DNA of 64,000 nt, taken from positions 416,001-480,000 of the forward strand of contig JANVYR010000002.1 in NCBI GenBank assembly GCA_030059665.1, read 5' to 3'. This document shows, in pieces, positions 10,801 through 20,049 of this stretch. A program made the translations under genes and the position numbers. Origin of the DNA: Candidatus Calditenuis fumarioli (GTDB taxonomy: Archaea; Thermoproteota; Nitrososphaeria_A; Caldarchaeales; Calditenuaceae). How positions within the stretch are numbered: position 1 is the stretch's first letter; each line of letters starts with the position of its first letter. Below the pieces are notes generated by a model, which did not search any database, had not been told where the DNA came from, and saw only the letters and a list, made by a program, of their open reading frames with translations.

Positions 10801-10992
10801 CTGCGAGAGGGCGGCCATCGTCCTGAACTGGTGGTAGTAGAGCCTCTTCTCCGCGATCTCGAAACCGGCACCAGCGAGCTCCGGCAGCACGTCGGCGAAC
10901 CTCACGTTGGCGCGCCTTGGCCTGGATGGCTCCGAGACCCGCTTGTAGTACTCCAGCCCCAGCTCCCTCAGGACCTGCTCGGTGTCGATCAA
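7882..10992 (-). CDS. large SF2 DEAD/DEAH-box helicase (Hrq/YprA-like) with C-terminal extension
   Basis: Q-like 'YYHQ', Walker A 'SGTGSGKT', 'VYPTLALSNDQ', motif II variant 'DDLD', 'TLAQGIDIG', motif VI-like 'QKEGRKGR'. Confidence 0.88.
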   Translation of the reverse strand: MIDTEQVLRELGLEYYKRVSEPSRPRRANVRFADVLPELAGAGFEIAEKRLYYHQFRTMAALSQGKNVILRSGTGSGKTEAWFVYAAKAGLRALAVYPTLALSNDQVRRLRAYSEALGKKVVIVDAPRKSELSGRQDYARLRGEVASADFVVTNPAFLLNELKRMYSAKASLLRGFLEKMDLMVIDDLDFYGPRSLAILLAMISLLRESIAPAVRFVVTTAMLKNADELASYLTEVTGLETEVIDGDAFSPTNHTFVVLGRDLRRLWERLRTERERLVQAGAGADVLSALDDYDALRRNLYKVIEVARAAGIEVDEPVHSYLDVLERYANDDGLTLVFTRSISRAEEIARLLRERVGDRVASHHHLLSKSLREEIEEKTRKGEVKVLISPRTLAQGIDIGTVIRTVHIGLPESLREFLQKEGRKGRREGIERTETVIFPSSSWDYNLLRRGLDALISWLQLPRERVMVNPANKYVTLVKGLLKLSSPVTAKQASKEELELLEELGLREGLRLNDAGKKALLKMNFYEFAPPFGIKRIRRTRDGEQYLEEISHVDLVEKFQIGCIDYTSDGIVTGFSRPSSGGKVVTGVIVEDLSESTLRRYEPLQYVLEEYTSTVRKWGQQPNVVGDYRAGLLHSEVLCVVKPPERFGRYYKIPNRAIWILQGRRPRVVRLREDLTVVTRETKTIVVPALTDGVYSDYTYGMLVEVDPRNDPDHLRLGAAFIELVLRRALLVPLETIKYDVVIAGERKFVAIHETESAGLLEHIDWMRLKELLEGYQPDGLDEALLEAVNEYAYSTLTARGMDWEVARRSAVHIVERVLATKRIRVQFMGKERVLPLPSRALRRAVVITYSFQLGEQGLATVSGTGGSLYSVAVFDGENFRVPVGIKAEGEEPDEAYLQSSALISKLVDQGFRIYVFDFDAMLEELSKLGMRSLRAKLSGLMEEGLVVDLAVLAARQLGESVTLTDVVSGLTWEGEGSATTSIDVLMRALSVSTSRRGWRERLLHSAGRKLEELARRELRALYLLSLVVDPLENVA

Positions 10993-11007
10993 CCGACCCT
11001 TCCCTCT

Positions 11008-11613
11008 TCAGCGGCTCGCCATGATCCTCTCCGCTCGCCTCAGGTCCTCACCGCTCGTGACCCTGAGCAGGAACGTGAGCTTCGGGTCGAGGGACCTCAG
11101 TGCCCTGTAGTTGACGTAGATAGCGTTCCTGATGCCCTTCATCACCGAGTCCATGTCGTCCCTTTTGCCGGCGGCGTTGTATGCGCTGACGAACTCGCCC
11201 GACCTGAAGGAGGAGAAGAGGTAGTTCCTGACGCCCTCCGAGTCGGTCAAGACGGCTGCGCTGAAGCGCCTGGTTAGATCGAGCATCATCGAGGTGAACT
11301 CCACCGTCAGAAGCGGCGCGTCGCACGGCAGCACCAGCACCCTCTCCGACCCCTCCTCCGACATCAGCTGGTAGAGGCTAGAGGCGATGCCCCTGCTGCC
11401 CGACAGCATGAGCCTCCCGAAGTGCTCCTCGACCAGCTCGCCGTAGGCCCGCGCCTCCTCCTCGTCCCTCACCGAGACCACTATGTCGTCGACCTCGTCT
11501 GGGACCGCCTCCAGGACGTAGTGCAGAAGCGGTCTCCCCCTCAGCTTCACCAGCCCCCTCCTTACCCCTCCTATCTCGCTGAACTCCGTGAGGATCAGCG
11601 TCGAGACCTGCAA
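11008..11613 (-). CDS. MobA-like nucleotidyltransferase-fold protein with degenerate N-terminal motif
   Basis: 'LRGRPLLHYVLE' and 'VLVLPCDAPLL' are MobA-like; the usual LAGG..R.G..K loop reads 'LTEFSEIGGVRR'. Start set at TTG 11613. Confidence 0.7.
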   Translation of the reverse strand: MQVSTLILTEFSEIGGVRRGLVKLRGRPLLHYVLEAVPDEVDDIVVSVRDEEEARAYGELVEEHFGRLMLSGSRGIASSLYQLMSEEGSERVLVLPCDAPLLTVEFTSMMLDLTRRFSAAVLTDSEGVRNYLFSSFRSGEFVSAYNAAGKRDDMDSVMKGIRNAIYVNYRALRSLDPKLTFLLRVTSGEDLRRAERIMASR

Positions 11614-11701
11614 CCCGTTGAACGGCCGACCAGCCGAATTATTAGTGAATCTCGTCCCCGATCCCGCCCTACGCATTTATTGACGCGGTGCGTTGCCCTG
11701 A

Positions 11702-11773
11702 GGGGCCGTGGTCTAGTGGCATGACGCCGCCCTTACACGGCGGAGGTCGTGGGTTCGATTCCCACCGGCCCCA
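11702..11773 (+). tRNA. tRNA-Val(TAC)
   Basis: Acceptor GGGGCCG/CGGCCCC, anticodon arm CCGCC-CT TAC AC-GGCGG, T-loop TTCGATT, discriminator A; CCA not encoded. Confidence 0.97.
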
Positions 11774-11924
11774 CACAGGCGGCCCACTCGATGGAACGAT
11801 CATGGAGGGCTCCGCTTTCTCCCCATGTGTATCGCGGGCAAATCGCTCCGTGCTGGTTGAGAGCCGCTCGATTTGTGTGCAAGCACTATTAATTTGGCCG
11901 ACGAAGGAAGATCGCGGTGAAAGT

Positions 11925-12312
11925 CATGTCCTCGGGCGATCGACCGGTTGCGGCGGCGATGCTCGGCCTCATCGCAGGCGTTCTCATGCTCATCGGCGGG
12001 GTAGCGGGGTTGGTGATTTGGGCCGTCGCCATCCCCTACGGCATGTGGGGCATGATGGGTGGGATGATGGCCTGGTGGGGCCCCATGTTCCTCGGCATGT
12101 TCTTCGTGGTCGTGGCGCTCATCTCAGGCGTTGTGGTCCTGACTGCCTCGGTGATGCTCCAGAGCAGGCCGGCCCAGGCCCAGACGTGGGGTCTCCTCAT
12201 GCTGGTCTTCTCCGTTATAGGACTGCTGGGAATGGGAGGGTTCGTGATAGGTTCGGTCCTCGGCATAATAGCGGGCGTTCTGGCCCTTACGTGGCGGCCA
12301 TCGCCGTCGTGA
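11925..12312 (+). CDS. small 4-TM membrane protein (DUF4064-like)
   Basis: Gly-rich hydrophobic helices; 'GGFVIGSVLGIIAGVLAL' terminus is typical of DUF4064-like proteins. Confidence 0.6.
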
Positions 12313-12420
12313 TGGGCCGGCCAATCGCGGTCCAATGACCTCATGAGCGCGGTGCCGCCACCATCGCTTCCGTTTCATGCAGAATAACCCGCTCTGCATA
12401 ACTCCGCGTCTGATGGAGGA

Positions 12421-13425
12421 TCAGATCAGCTCGGCCAGCGCAGGAACCGGCGATCCGGGATCGAGCGTGACGGGCCTGCCCCTGAGCTCCCTCAGCGACG
12501 AGAGAGCCGTCTCCCTCCTCTCCCTCCTCCTGCCCGCCTCCTCCCACAGCTCGTGCTCCTCGGGCGTCATGGGTGCATAAGCCGGCAGCTCTCCAGGCCC
12601 CGTTATGTCCATCTTCACCATTGTGAAGTAAGCCCTCGAGGCCAGGACCTCTCCGTCCTCACCGAGTCTATGGGCGTCCACCTCCACCTCCATCGAGGAC
12701 CTCCAAACCCTCGTCAGCCGGGCCTCGAGCCTCACCGCCTCGTTCACCGTTATCGGCGCCACGAAAAAGGTCTGGTCCACGGATGCGGTAACGGTGACCG
12801 CGTTAGCGAACCTGAGCGCGAGTATCCCGGCCACCTCGTCCATGAACTGCATCAGCCTGCCGGCGAAGAGCAGGTCACCCGCGATCGTGTCCTCCGGCGT
12901 TATGCGCCTGTAGCTGACGAGCTGGTGCTTCACCACGCCCCTCCTCTCCCACCTGAGGGCACGGATCGAGTCCTCCGCGCGCCTCCTCCAGTTCCCCATC
13001 CTTTCCATCAGGGCTCCCTCCCATCGCTCGACCGGTTCCAGCGTCGCGTTCAAAGGCCTCGGCCTCCTGTCGGACCCCACGCAGACGTAGATCGCCTTCG
13101 ATGTGCAGGCCACGTCGTACGCGTTCCCCTCCCTCCAGATCAGGGCCTCCGTGAAGACCGAGACGGAGGACCTCCCCACGTGCCCTACCCAGCTCCTGTA
13201 CGTGATCCTGCTCCCCACCCTGACGGGGTTGAGGAAGTAGACCTCGTCCATGAAGCCCAGGACCACCTCGCCCTTGCCGCTGGCCACGGTCATCGCGGAG
13301 GAGGTGCTCGACTCGATCAGCCAGCTGAGCATGTTCCCACCGAAGAGGACGCCCAGCGGGTTCGCGTGCCTCGGCATCACGATCCTTGTGGTCTGCGAGT
13401 AGGTCTCGAGCGGCCTCAACCCCAT
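12421..13425 (-). CDS. double hot-dog acyl-CoA thioesterase
   Basis: Two repeats: 'HANPLGVLFGGNMLSWL' and 'LLFAGRLMQFMDE...VTASVD'. Start at ATG 13425. Confidence 0.88.
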   Translation of the reverse strand: MGLRPLETYSQTTRIVMPRHANPLGVLFGGNMLSWLIESSTSSAMTVASGKGEVVLGFMDEVYFLNPVRVGSRITYRSWVGHVGRSSVSVFTEALIWREGNAYDVACTSKAIYVCVGSDRRPRPLNATLEPVERWEGALMERMGNWRRRAEDSIRALRWERRGVVKHQLVSYRRITPEDTIAGDLLFAGRLMQFMDEVAGILALRFANAVTVTASVDQTFFVAPITVNEAVRLEARLTRVWRSSMEVEVDAHRLGEDGEVLASRAYFTMVKMDITGPGELPAYAPMTPEEHELWEEAGRRRERRETALSSLRELRGRPVTLDPGSPVPALAELI

Positions 13426-13497
13426 CGGTTCACGGAACCCTTCGCTATGACCGTTGGCGCACCACAGCTCCAGCGGGCATAGCGTCACGACCTCCTG

Positions 13498-13603
13498 CGG
13501 GCCCGCCGGGACTCGAACCCGGGACCTCCGGCTCCCTCCCCGACCGGACCGAAGGCCGGCGCTGTTGACCCGTTCAGGTCTGTCCGAGCTGAGCTACGGG
13601 CCC
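13498..13603 (-). tRNA. tRNA-Arg(TCG) with two introns: 16 nt in the D-stem (about 22/23; 13564-13579) and 15 nt at 37/38 (13534-13548)
   Basis: Removing both inserts gives a 75-nt cloverleaf: GGGCCCG acceptor, GCTC/GAGC D-stem, CCGGC-CT TCG GA-GCCGG, discriminator G. The anticodon intron folds a BHB (CTTC/GGAG). Confidence 0.9.
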
Positions 13604-13699
13604 CGTGATGAGCCGATATCCGGCCGGATAAAGGTAGGCTGCGGCCCTGACTTCCCGGAGGCACAGGCTTATCCCTCACGGGACCAGACGACTCGCTGG

Positions 13700-13885
13700 A
13701 TGGTACGCTTCGCGAGGATCTGCGGGACAGGTGATTACGTCTGTGAGGAATGCGGGACCGCGTACCACGACCTGGAGACCGCACGGAGGTGCGAAGATTT
13801 CTGCAGGACCCACCACGCCTGCTCGCTAGAGATCATCAGGCACGCCGCGCATCAGCCCTCCGAGGTCCCCAGCACGGGCAGCTGA
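13700..13885 (+). CDS. small Cys/His-rich putative zinc-binding protein
   Basis: 'YVCEECGTAYHDLETARRCEDFCRTHHAC'; ATG at 13700. Confidence 0.7.
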   Translation: MVRFARICGTGDYVCEECGTAYHDLETARRCEDFCRTHHACSLEIIRHAAHQPSEVPSTGS

Positions 13886-13927
13886 GCACCGGATGACAGC
13901 ATCGCCTCCACCCGATTGCGGACGAAA

Positions 13928-15288
13928 TCACATCTGTTGCGTCTCGACGCTGGTCCACCTCACGCCCCTTCCGGGGTGCGCGGTCTTCTCCCAGAAGACG
14001 TCCTTGAAGACCTCCTGGTAAAGGGCCCTGAAAGCGGCCACGGGCAAGAGCACGTTCATGTAAACCAGAACCTGAGGAAGCATCCTCCAGTACCCCACGT
14101 CGATGCCCTCGAGTTTCTTGCCGACGTACCAAACGGTGAGGTAGAAGGCGTTGAAGCCGAGCGGCACCAGGCTGTACCACGGGAAGAGGTCAGAGGTCAA
14201 TGCGGTTGGGAGCACCCTGAAGAACTCCAGAAGGTACAGAGCGGTCATCGAGTAGGCGACCCAGTTGAACGCGACCACGAGCGGTGCCACCAGCATGCTC
14301 AGGATCGAGAGGACGTCCGGCAGCCTCCGAGGATTTCTAAGGCCCATCCAGAGGATCCTTGGGCCGTGATCGAAGAGCGACTGTAGCCATCCCTTGAACC
14401 ACCTGGTCCTCTGGCGAAGCCAGGCCCTCACCGTGACGGGAGCCTCCTCCCGTGGCGGCCGTCGATGACGACGGTCCTGTAACCGTTCAGGTGCAACCTC
14501 AACGCGAGCTCCGCGTCCTCAGCCAGGTTCAGCGGGTTCCACATCGCCATGCTCCTGAGGGCATCGGCCCTGATGTAGTTCCCAGTACCACCGAGGGGGG
14601 CATACATCCTAAGCCTCGACCTGCCGTTGAGGAGGACCCTGAACCATCCCGCGTACTCGCATGCGAAGACCCTCGTTATCCATGAGTCGTGGACGTTGCC
14701 TATCCGGAGGATGGCCTGGATCACCGAGTGGTTATCGGCCGCCACGGCCGCGTTCACCTTCCGGAGAAGGTCGTTCTCCACGATGTCCTCAGCGTCGACG
14801 ACCCCTATCACCTCGCCGGTGCAGAGGGCGAACCCGTCGTCCAGCGCGCTCGGCTTGGTGGGGAAGAACTGTCGCCTCACGATCAGCTTCACGTTCCTCG
14901 GGTACATCTGCTGCAGCCTCAGCGCTATCCTCCCGGTCTGCTCGTCGTCAGCCACAACCACGAGCTCCTTCAGCGCCTTCGGGTAATCGACCTCGGTGAG
15001 GAGGTGCGTTATGGTCCGTTCGATCAGCGGCTCCTTCACCGCCGGCAGGATGAGGGAGAACTTCAGGAACCTCGACGGCTGCGAGGCTGGGCTGTAGGGG
15101 CTCTTGAGCCCTGAGAACAGGAACAGCGAGTTGTAGAGACCCCAGAACAGGTAAAGGAAAACCGACAGGTATGCGAGCGCCAGCAAGGTCAACCGGGTTT
15201 GAGCGTAGAGCCCGAAGGCGAACGACGCCAACAGGATGACGAGGTAGTAGAACCTCCGCCTCAGAAGGAACCTCGGGACCCTCCTCAT
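13928..15288 (-). pseudogene. processive GT2 glycosyltransferase (cellulose-synthase-like), split by a 1-nt frameshift at about 14451
   Basis: ORF 14428-15288 has 'KPSALDDG', 'DAED', 'GGTGN', 'AED'; ORF 13928-14431 carries 'QRTRW' and TM helices. Adding one base (CAC-[T]GG-GAG-GAG) restores 'HWEEAPVTVRAWLRQRTRW'. Confidence 0.8.
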
Positions 15289-16259
15289 ATAGCATCAAGC
15301 GCGTTCAATAGCTTAGCCAGAAGCTCCTTCTCGTCGGAGTAGACGATGACCTTGACGAGCTCCCTCGGGAAGAGGCTGCCGATGCGTTCCTCCAGATTGC
15401 CCTCAAGCCGAAGGAACTTGGCGATGTTGTTGGCGAATCCGGTGCTCAAGGCTGCAACCACCGGAACCTGTAGGTCCAGTGCAAGTGTTAGCAGACGGGA
15501 AACTGTGTCGGGGCTCGCAACGGAGTTGTCGATCAGCACCACCGCGCACCGCTTCTCGCCCTTGTGGACGAGGGCGTCGACGACGTGCTCCAGATGCGAG
15601 AGTTGCCCCCGCAGCACCGCGAACGGTTCTGCCCTGTACCCATGTGAGCTCAGGGCCTCGATCAGTGACAGCACCCTGGATACAGCGGTCGCCTGGCGCG
15701 ATCCTGAGGGTTCGTAGACGAGGACCGGTGACCTGTGGAGGGCCAGCTCGTCGAGCCTGAGGACGTGACCGTTGCTGCAGGTGAGGGAGAAGAGCGGGAA
15801 CTGGAAGACGCTCATGCAGGTGCTGCACCTGTAGCTTATGCCGGGCCTTCCGTAATCCACGCCGACCACCTTCAGAGGCTTATCGCAGACCGGGCACACG
15901 AGCCCCTTCGGGGTCCTGAATCGGGAGACGTCATCGGCATAATGGCACTCGTAGTGGATGACGAGGTCCACCTTCTCGAGGTCCTGGGAGTTGCAGTTAG
16001 GGCAGAAGAGGTTCAAGGACAGGTCGAGGTCGCCGCAGACGGGACAGATCGCGAACGAGACGTGTCCCTTTATCCTGAAGAGGCCAAGCTTGATGAGCGT
16101 GGAGACCCTCTCCTCCCTGATCGTTAGCTCGCCTATTTTGTAGACTACCCCTATGCCCCTGATGCGCTCAGGCCTCAGCTCCTCGCCGGGTTTCAGGAGC
16201 CTGTTGAGGATCTCGACTTGCCTCAGCTCGCTCAGCGTCAGCTCGTCCTCGAAGGCCAT
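15285..16259 (-). CDS. TackOD1-like multi-zinc-ribbon protein with C-terminal extra domain
   Basis: CPVC...CPNC...HYECH...CPVC...VGVDY...CSTC...CSNGH series matches the thaumarchaeal output domain 1 pattern; its stop overlaps the GT2 start (ATGA). Confidence 0.8.
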   Translation of the reverse strand: MAFEDELTLSELRQVEILNRLLKPGEELRPERIRGIGVVYKIGELTIREERVSTLIKLGLFRIKGHVSFAICPVCGDLDLSLNLFCPNCNSQDLEKVDLVIHYECHYADDVSRFRTPKGLVCPVCDKPLKVVGVDYGRPGISYRCSTCMSVFQFPLFSLTCSNGHVLRLDELALHRSPVLVYEPSGSRQATAVSRVLSLIEALSSHGYRAEPFAVLRGQLSHLEHVVDALVHKGEKRCAVVLIDNSVASPDTVSRLLTLALDLQVPVVAALSTGFANNIAKFLRLEGNLEERIGSLFPRELVKVIVYSDEKELLAKLLNALDAI

Positions 16260-16302
16260 TCCCCCGACCTCGACCGGTTTCTGCCGTCATATTAGGGAGA
16301 TG

Positions 16303-17244
16303 TCATTTGGAAGGATTGGAGCCCCTCAACGTCCCCAGCAATCCAACGTACAGGAATGGCAATATGAGCGTAGCGTCGCACTTCAGGAACACTGTCCTCG
16401 CCTCCGGCGAGACCTTTCCCCAGCTCTGGGCCTCCTTCGGCCGGGCACCGCTCAGGCTCCCGTCGTACTCGTCCGAGCTGGAGACGTAAACGGCGTAGTC
16501 GAGACCCTCGCCGCCGAACTGGCTCCACCAGAGGGCGTGGTGCTTGGATATCCCACCTCCGAGGATCAAAGCCCCCTTGACCTTATGGGACCACATCAGC
16601 TCGTCCAGCAGGTCCTGGTCTTTCGTGAGGTCCACCGTGACCCTCGCCCTCTTGCCGTAGAGCCAGAGGTTGTAACCAACCGCGCCGTCGAAGATGCCCG
16701 GAACAACAACCGGAATTCTGTTGACGTGGGCCCAGTAGAGGAAGGAGCTCCCGGAGCCGAGCTTTTCGCCGATCCTCCAGCAGAGCTCGTACGTCCCCAA
16801 AACGGTTCCCGGGCTGAGGCCTTCGATGAGGGACCTGACGAACCTCTCGATGGTCGCCCCGTAGCTCTCGAAGGGGATGAAGACGTTGCCGAGCCTGTGA
16901 ACCTGCCTGCTCCGGAGCTCGACGTCGTCGGCGTCGAAGGAACCGTGGTAGTAGTTCGCGAGGGACCGGGCAATGTCGTGGTCGAGGGCGCCGCAGGTCG
17001 TGATGACCAGGTCGAAGAGCCTACGCCTGAGCATGTCCGCAAGGATCCCCCTCAGGCCCGTCGAGACGAGGTTCCCAGTGAAGGTGAGGACCTTCAGGCA
17101 CCTCTCGGCCCTCATCATCGACTCGAGCACCTCGAGGCTCCTGGCGAGGTGTGGTCCCATGAAGCCGCCCATCTCGCCCATAGCCCTCAGCACCTCGAGG
17201 ACCGAGGAGTCCGCGGAGAGCTTGAGGTCGACGACGGGTCTCAT
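16303..17244 (-). CDS. dys: deoxyhypusine synthase
   Basis: '[11 protein letters not shown]', 'TTCGALDHD', 'LHRLGN'-like 'VHRLGNVF', '[10 protein letters not shown]', '[17 protein letters not shown]', 'DATLILP'. Confidence 0.95.
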   Translation of the reverse strand: MRPVVDLKLSADSSVLEVLRAMGEMGGFMGPHLARSLEVLESMMRAERCLKVLTFTGNLVSTGLRGILADMLRRRLFDLVITTCGALDHDIARSLANYYHGSFDADDVELRSRQVHRLGNVFIPFESYGATIERFVRSLIEGLSPGTVLGTYELCWRIGEKLGSGSSFLYWAHVNRIPVVVPGIFDGAVGYNLWLYGKRARVTVDLTKDQDLLDELMWSHKVKGALILGGGISKHHALWWSQFGGEGLDYAVYVSSSDEYDGSLSGARPKEAQSWGKVSPEARTVFLKCDATLILPFLYVGLLGTLRGSNPSK

Positions 17245-17318
17245 GCGCGCTCCACCGCGGTGTCGGTAGATGTGAGACGCTCTATAACTTATCACGAGGC
17301 TGTGTCCTGTTGCTGGGG

Positions 17319-19373
17319 ATGGGTGAGGCGAGGAAACCGAACAGGCTCATCAACGCCCGGAGCCCCTACCTGAGGAGGCACGCTTACAACCCGGTCGACT
17401 GGTACCCCTGGGGCGAGGAGGCCTTCAGGAAGGCGAGGGAGGAGGACAAGCCGATCTTCCTGAGCATAGGCTACCTGGCGTGCCACTGGTGCTCCGTCAT
17501 GGAGCGCGAGTCCTTCAGCGACGAGGAGGTAGCCAAGATCCTGAACAGGCACTTCGTCCCGGTCAAGGTCGACAGGGAGGAACACCCTCACGTCGACGAG
17601 TACTACATGCGGGCTGTCCAGCTCATGACCGGAACAGGAGGCTGGCCCCTCACGGTCTTCCTCACCCCCGACCTGAAGCCCTTCTACGGCGGAACCTACT
17701 TCCCCAAGGAGCCGAGGTACGGGCTCCCGAGCTTCAGGCAGGTCCTCGAGGCGGTGGTCCAGGCCTGGAAGACGAGGAGGGAGCAGGTTCTGGCCGAGGC
17801 CGAGCGGATAGACCGGGCCGTCCGGGAGAGCTTCGCCCAGTGGAGCCGTCAGGAGCGGGTCGAGCCTTCGAGGAGGCCGATCGAGGCGGCCTTCGACCAG
17901 CTGGTGATGCTCTTCGACGACGAGTACGGAGGGTTCGGGTACGCGCCGAAGTTCCCCAACCCGGGCTACCTGTCGCTGCTGCTCAGGCACCACCACCTGA
18001 CGGGTGACGCCGTGGCCCTCAGGATGTTCAGGAAGACGCTGGACGCGATGGCGCGTGGCGGCATCATGGACCAGGTCGGGGGAGGCTTCCACAGGTATGC
18101 GATCGACAGGGCGTGGCGGATCCCCCACTTCGAGAAGATGCTGTACGACAACGCCCTCCTGATCCAGGTGTACTCGGAGGCCTACGCGGTCACGAGGGAT
18201 CCGGAGTACGCCGAGACGGTCAGGCTGACGGTGGACTTCCTGCGGAGGGAGCTCAGGTCAAGGTGCGGTGCCTTCTGCTCCTCTCTCGACGCCGAGTCTG
18301 AGGGCGTGGAGGGGCTGTTCTACACATGGACCTACGACGAGATCGTAAGCGCCTTCGGTGGCGGCGTGGGGGAGCGAGTGGCGGCGTTCTTCGGCGCAAC
18401 GGTCTCCGGAAACTTCGAGGGAGGGAGGAACGTCCTCTTCAGGGCAGGCAGGCCTGAGGAGCTCGCCTCGGCGCTCGGCATCAGTCCCGAGGAGGCCATC
18501 AGGGTCGTGAGGCGGAGGCTGCTGGAGCTCCGGGAGGCGCGTGTCAGGCCAGAACGTGACGAGAAGGTCATCGCGTCGTGGAACGGCCTCGCGGTCTCGG
18601 CCCTGGTCTCCGCAGCGGTCCACCTGGGGGAGAGGAGCTACCTCGAGCTGGCGGTGGAGGTGCTGGAGGGTGCGACCTCGGCGCTCTACGAGGGCGGCAG
18701 GGTGTGGAGGTACTGGCTCGACGGAAGGGGAGACGTGGAGGGCAGGCTGGAGGACTACGCGGCCCTCGGCAACGCGGCGCTCGACGCCTTCTCGGTCACC
18801 GCCAAGGACCGGTACCTGGATCTGGCCCTTAGGATCCTCGACGCCGTTTCGGAGAGGTTCGTCTCGCAGGACGGAAGGCTGCTCTCGTCTCCCTGTGACG
18901 AGACCGGGCCCCACTCGGGCCTACAGGAGGATTACGAGGGGGTTCTGCCCTCCGGTGCGACGCTGACCTTCCTGCTCGCGGCGAAGGCCTTCCACGCCAC
19001 CGGGGAGGAGAGGGCCTACAAACTATCGGAGAGGGCTCTGGCGACGTGCGGCAGGATCGAGGACGAGCCGCTCGCTTTCCCCTTCCTCGTCGCGAACCTC
19101 CCGCTCCTGGGCAGGGACTCAAGGGAGCTCTTCGTCGCCTTCGAGTCCGGGGATCCCTTCGAGCACGTCAGGGCCGCCATCGGCTCCTTCCAGCCCTACA
19201 CGGTGATTGTGCCCGTCGACAGGCGCTCGCTCCCGGAACCTCTGAGGAACGTGGCGCAGGACAAGGTCGTGGTTCATCCAGGTCCCACCTACTACCTCTG
19301 CGAGGGTTTCAGCTGCAGGATGCCGACCAACGACCCTGGTCTCGTGGCCAAGATGCTGTCCGAGCGCGGCTGA
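17319..19373 (+). CDS. thioredoxin-domain protein YyaL/SPATA20 family
   Basis: '[25 protein letters not shown]', '[12 protein letters not shown]', 'GGWPL', '[11 protein letters not shown]'. Confidence 0.93.
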   Translation: MGEARKPNRLINARSPYLRRHAYNPVDWYPWGEEAFRKAREEDKPIFLSIGYLACHWCSVMERESFSDEEVAKILNRHFVPVKVDREEHPHVDEYYMRAVQLMTGTGGWPLTVFLTPDLKPFYGGTYFPKEPRYGLPSFRQVLEAVVQAWKTRREQVLAEAERIDRAVRESFAQWSRQERVEPSRRPIEAAFDQLVMLFDDEYGGFGYAPKFPNPGYLSLLLRHHHLTGDAVALRMFRKTLDAMARGGIMDQVGGGFHRYAIDRAWRIPHFEKMLYDNALLIQVYSEAYAVTRDPEYAETVRLTVDFLRRELRSRCGAFCSSLDAESEGVEGLFYTWTYDEIVSAFGGGVGERVAAFFGATVSGNFEGGRNVLFRAGRPEELASALGISPEEAIRVVRRRLLELREARVRPERDEKVIASWNGLAVSALVSAAVHLGERSYLELAVEVLEGATSALYEGGRVWRYWLDGRGDVEGRLEDYAALGNAALDAFSVTAKDRYLDLALRILDAVSERFVSQDGRLLSSPCDETGPHSGLQEDYEGVLPSGATLTFLLAAKAFHATGEERAYKLSERALATCGRIEDEPLAFPFLVANLPLLGRDSRELFVAFESGDPFEHVRAAIGSFQPYTVIVPVDRRSLPEPLRNVAQDKVVVHPGPTYYLCEGFSCRMPTNDPGLVAKMLSERG

Positions 19374-19377
19374 CCTC

Positions 19378-19572
19378 TCACTCCATCCTGAAGGCCCTTC
19401 TCAACGCCGAGATGGCCCTTGCCGTGTGAAGGACCTCGAGCCTGAACCTCTCCGCGAGGTACTCCTCCAACCGCAAGTTCCCCTTTTCGTAATCGTCCCT
19501 GAGCTTCATCGCCTCGACCGAGAGCTGCTCGAGCTCCCTTTTGACCTCCCTCATCCTTTCCCTCGCGCTCAA
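19378..19572 (-). CDS. small helical hypothetical protein coupled to rps19e
   Basis: TTG start overlaps the rps19e stop (TTGA); charged amphipathic 64-aa product. Confidence 0.5.
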   Translation of the reverse strand: MSARERMREVKRELEQLSVEAMKLRDDYEKGNLRLEEYLAERFRLEVLHTARAISALRRAFRME

Positions 19573-20003
19573 GACGCCGCCGGCTGCATCGCCTTGAGGA
19601 TCCTGTCGCAGAAGTCCTCGACCAGCTTCCTCCCCTTCTCGGAGAGGACCCGGCCCTTCCTGTCCTTCTTCTCCACGAGCCCCGCGGCCTCGAGCTGCTG
19701 CAGCGCCTTCCTTATCACGCTGCCGCTCGCCGGTGCCGAGTGCGGTTTTCCATGGCCTACCCTGTGCCTGTCGCTGTACTCCCTCCGGAGCCTCGAGACG
19801 CCGATAGGCCCCTTCAGGTACAGCTTCCTGAGCAGCGAGGCGCACCTGATGTACCACCAGTCAGGGTCCTGCGGAGGCCTCTCCTTGGCAACGCCCGTCT
19901 TGACGAACATGGCCCACGGCGGCGGCGTCACCACCCTGTTCTCCTTCAGGTAACTCGCCAGCTCTTTGATCAGCGCGTCCGGTGGCACCAGCTTGACGCT
20001 CAA
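19569..20003 (-). CDS. rps19e: 30S ribosomal protein S19e
   Basis: 'PPWAMFVKTGVAKERPPQDPDWWYIRCASLLRKLY...GSVIRKALQQLE'; TTG start 20003 preceded by a GGAGG-like site. Confidence 0.96.
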   Translation of the reverse strand: MSVKLVPPDALIKELASYLKENRVVTPPPWAMFVKTGVAKERPPQDPDWWYIRCASLLRKLYLKGPIGVSRLRREYSDRHRVGHGKPHSAPASGSVIRKALQQLEAAGLVEKKDRKGRVLSEKGRKLVEDFCDRILKAMQPAAS

Positions 20004-20049
20004 TCCTCCCCTCCACAAAACCGTCCTGTATTTCAAAGTGTGCCGCGGC

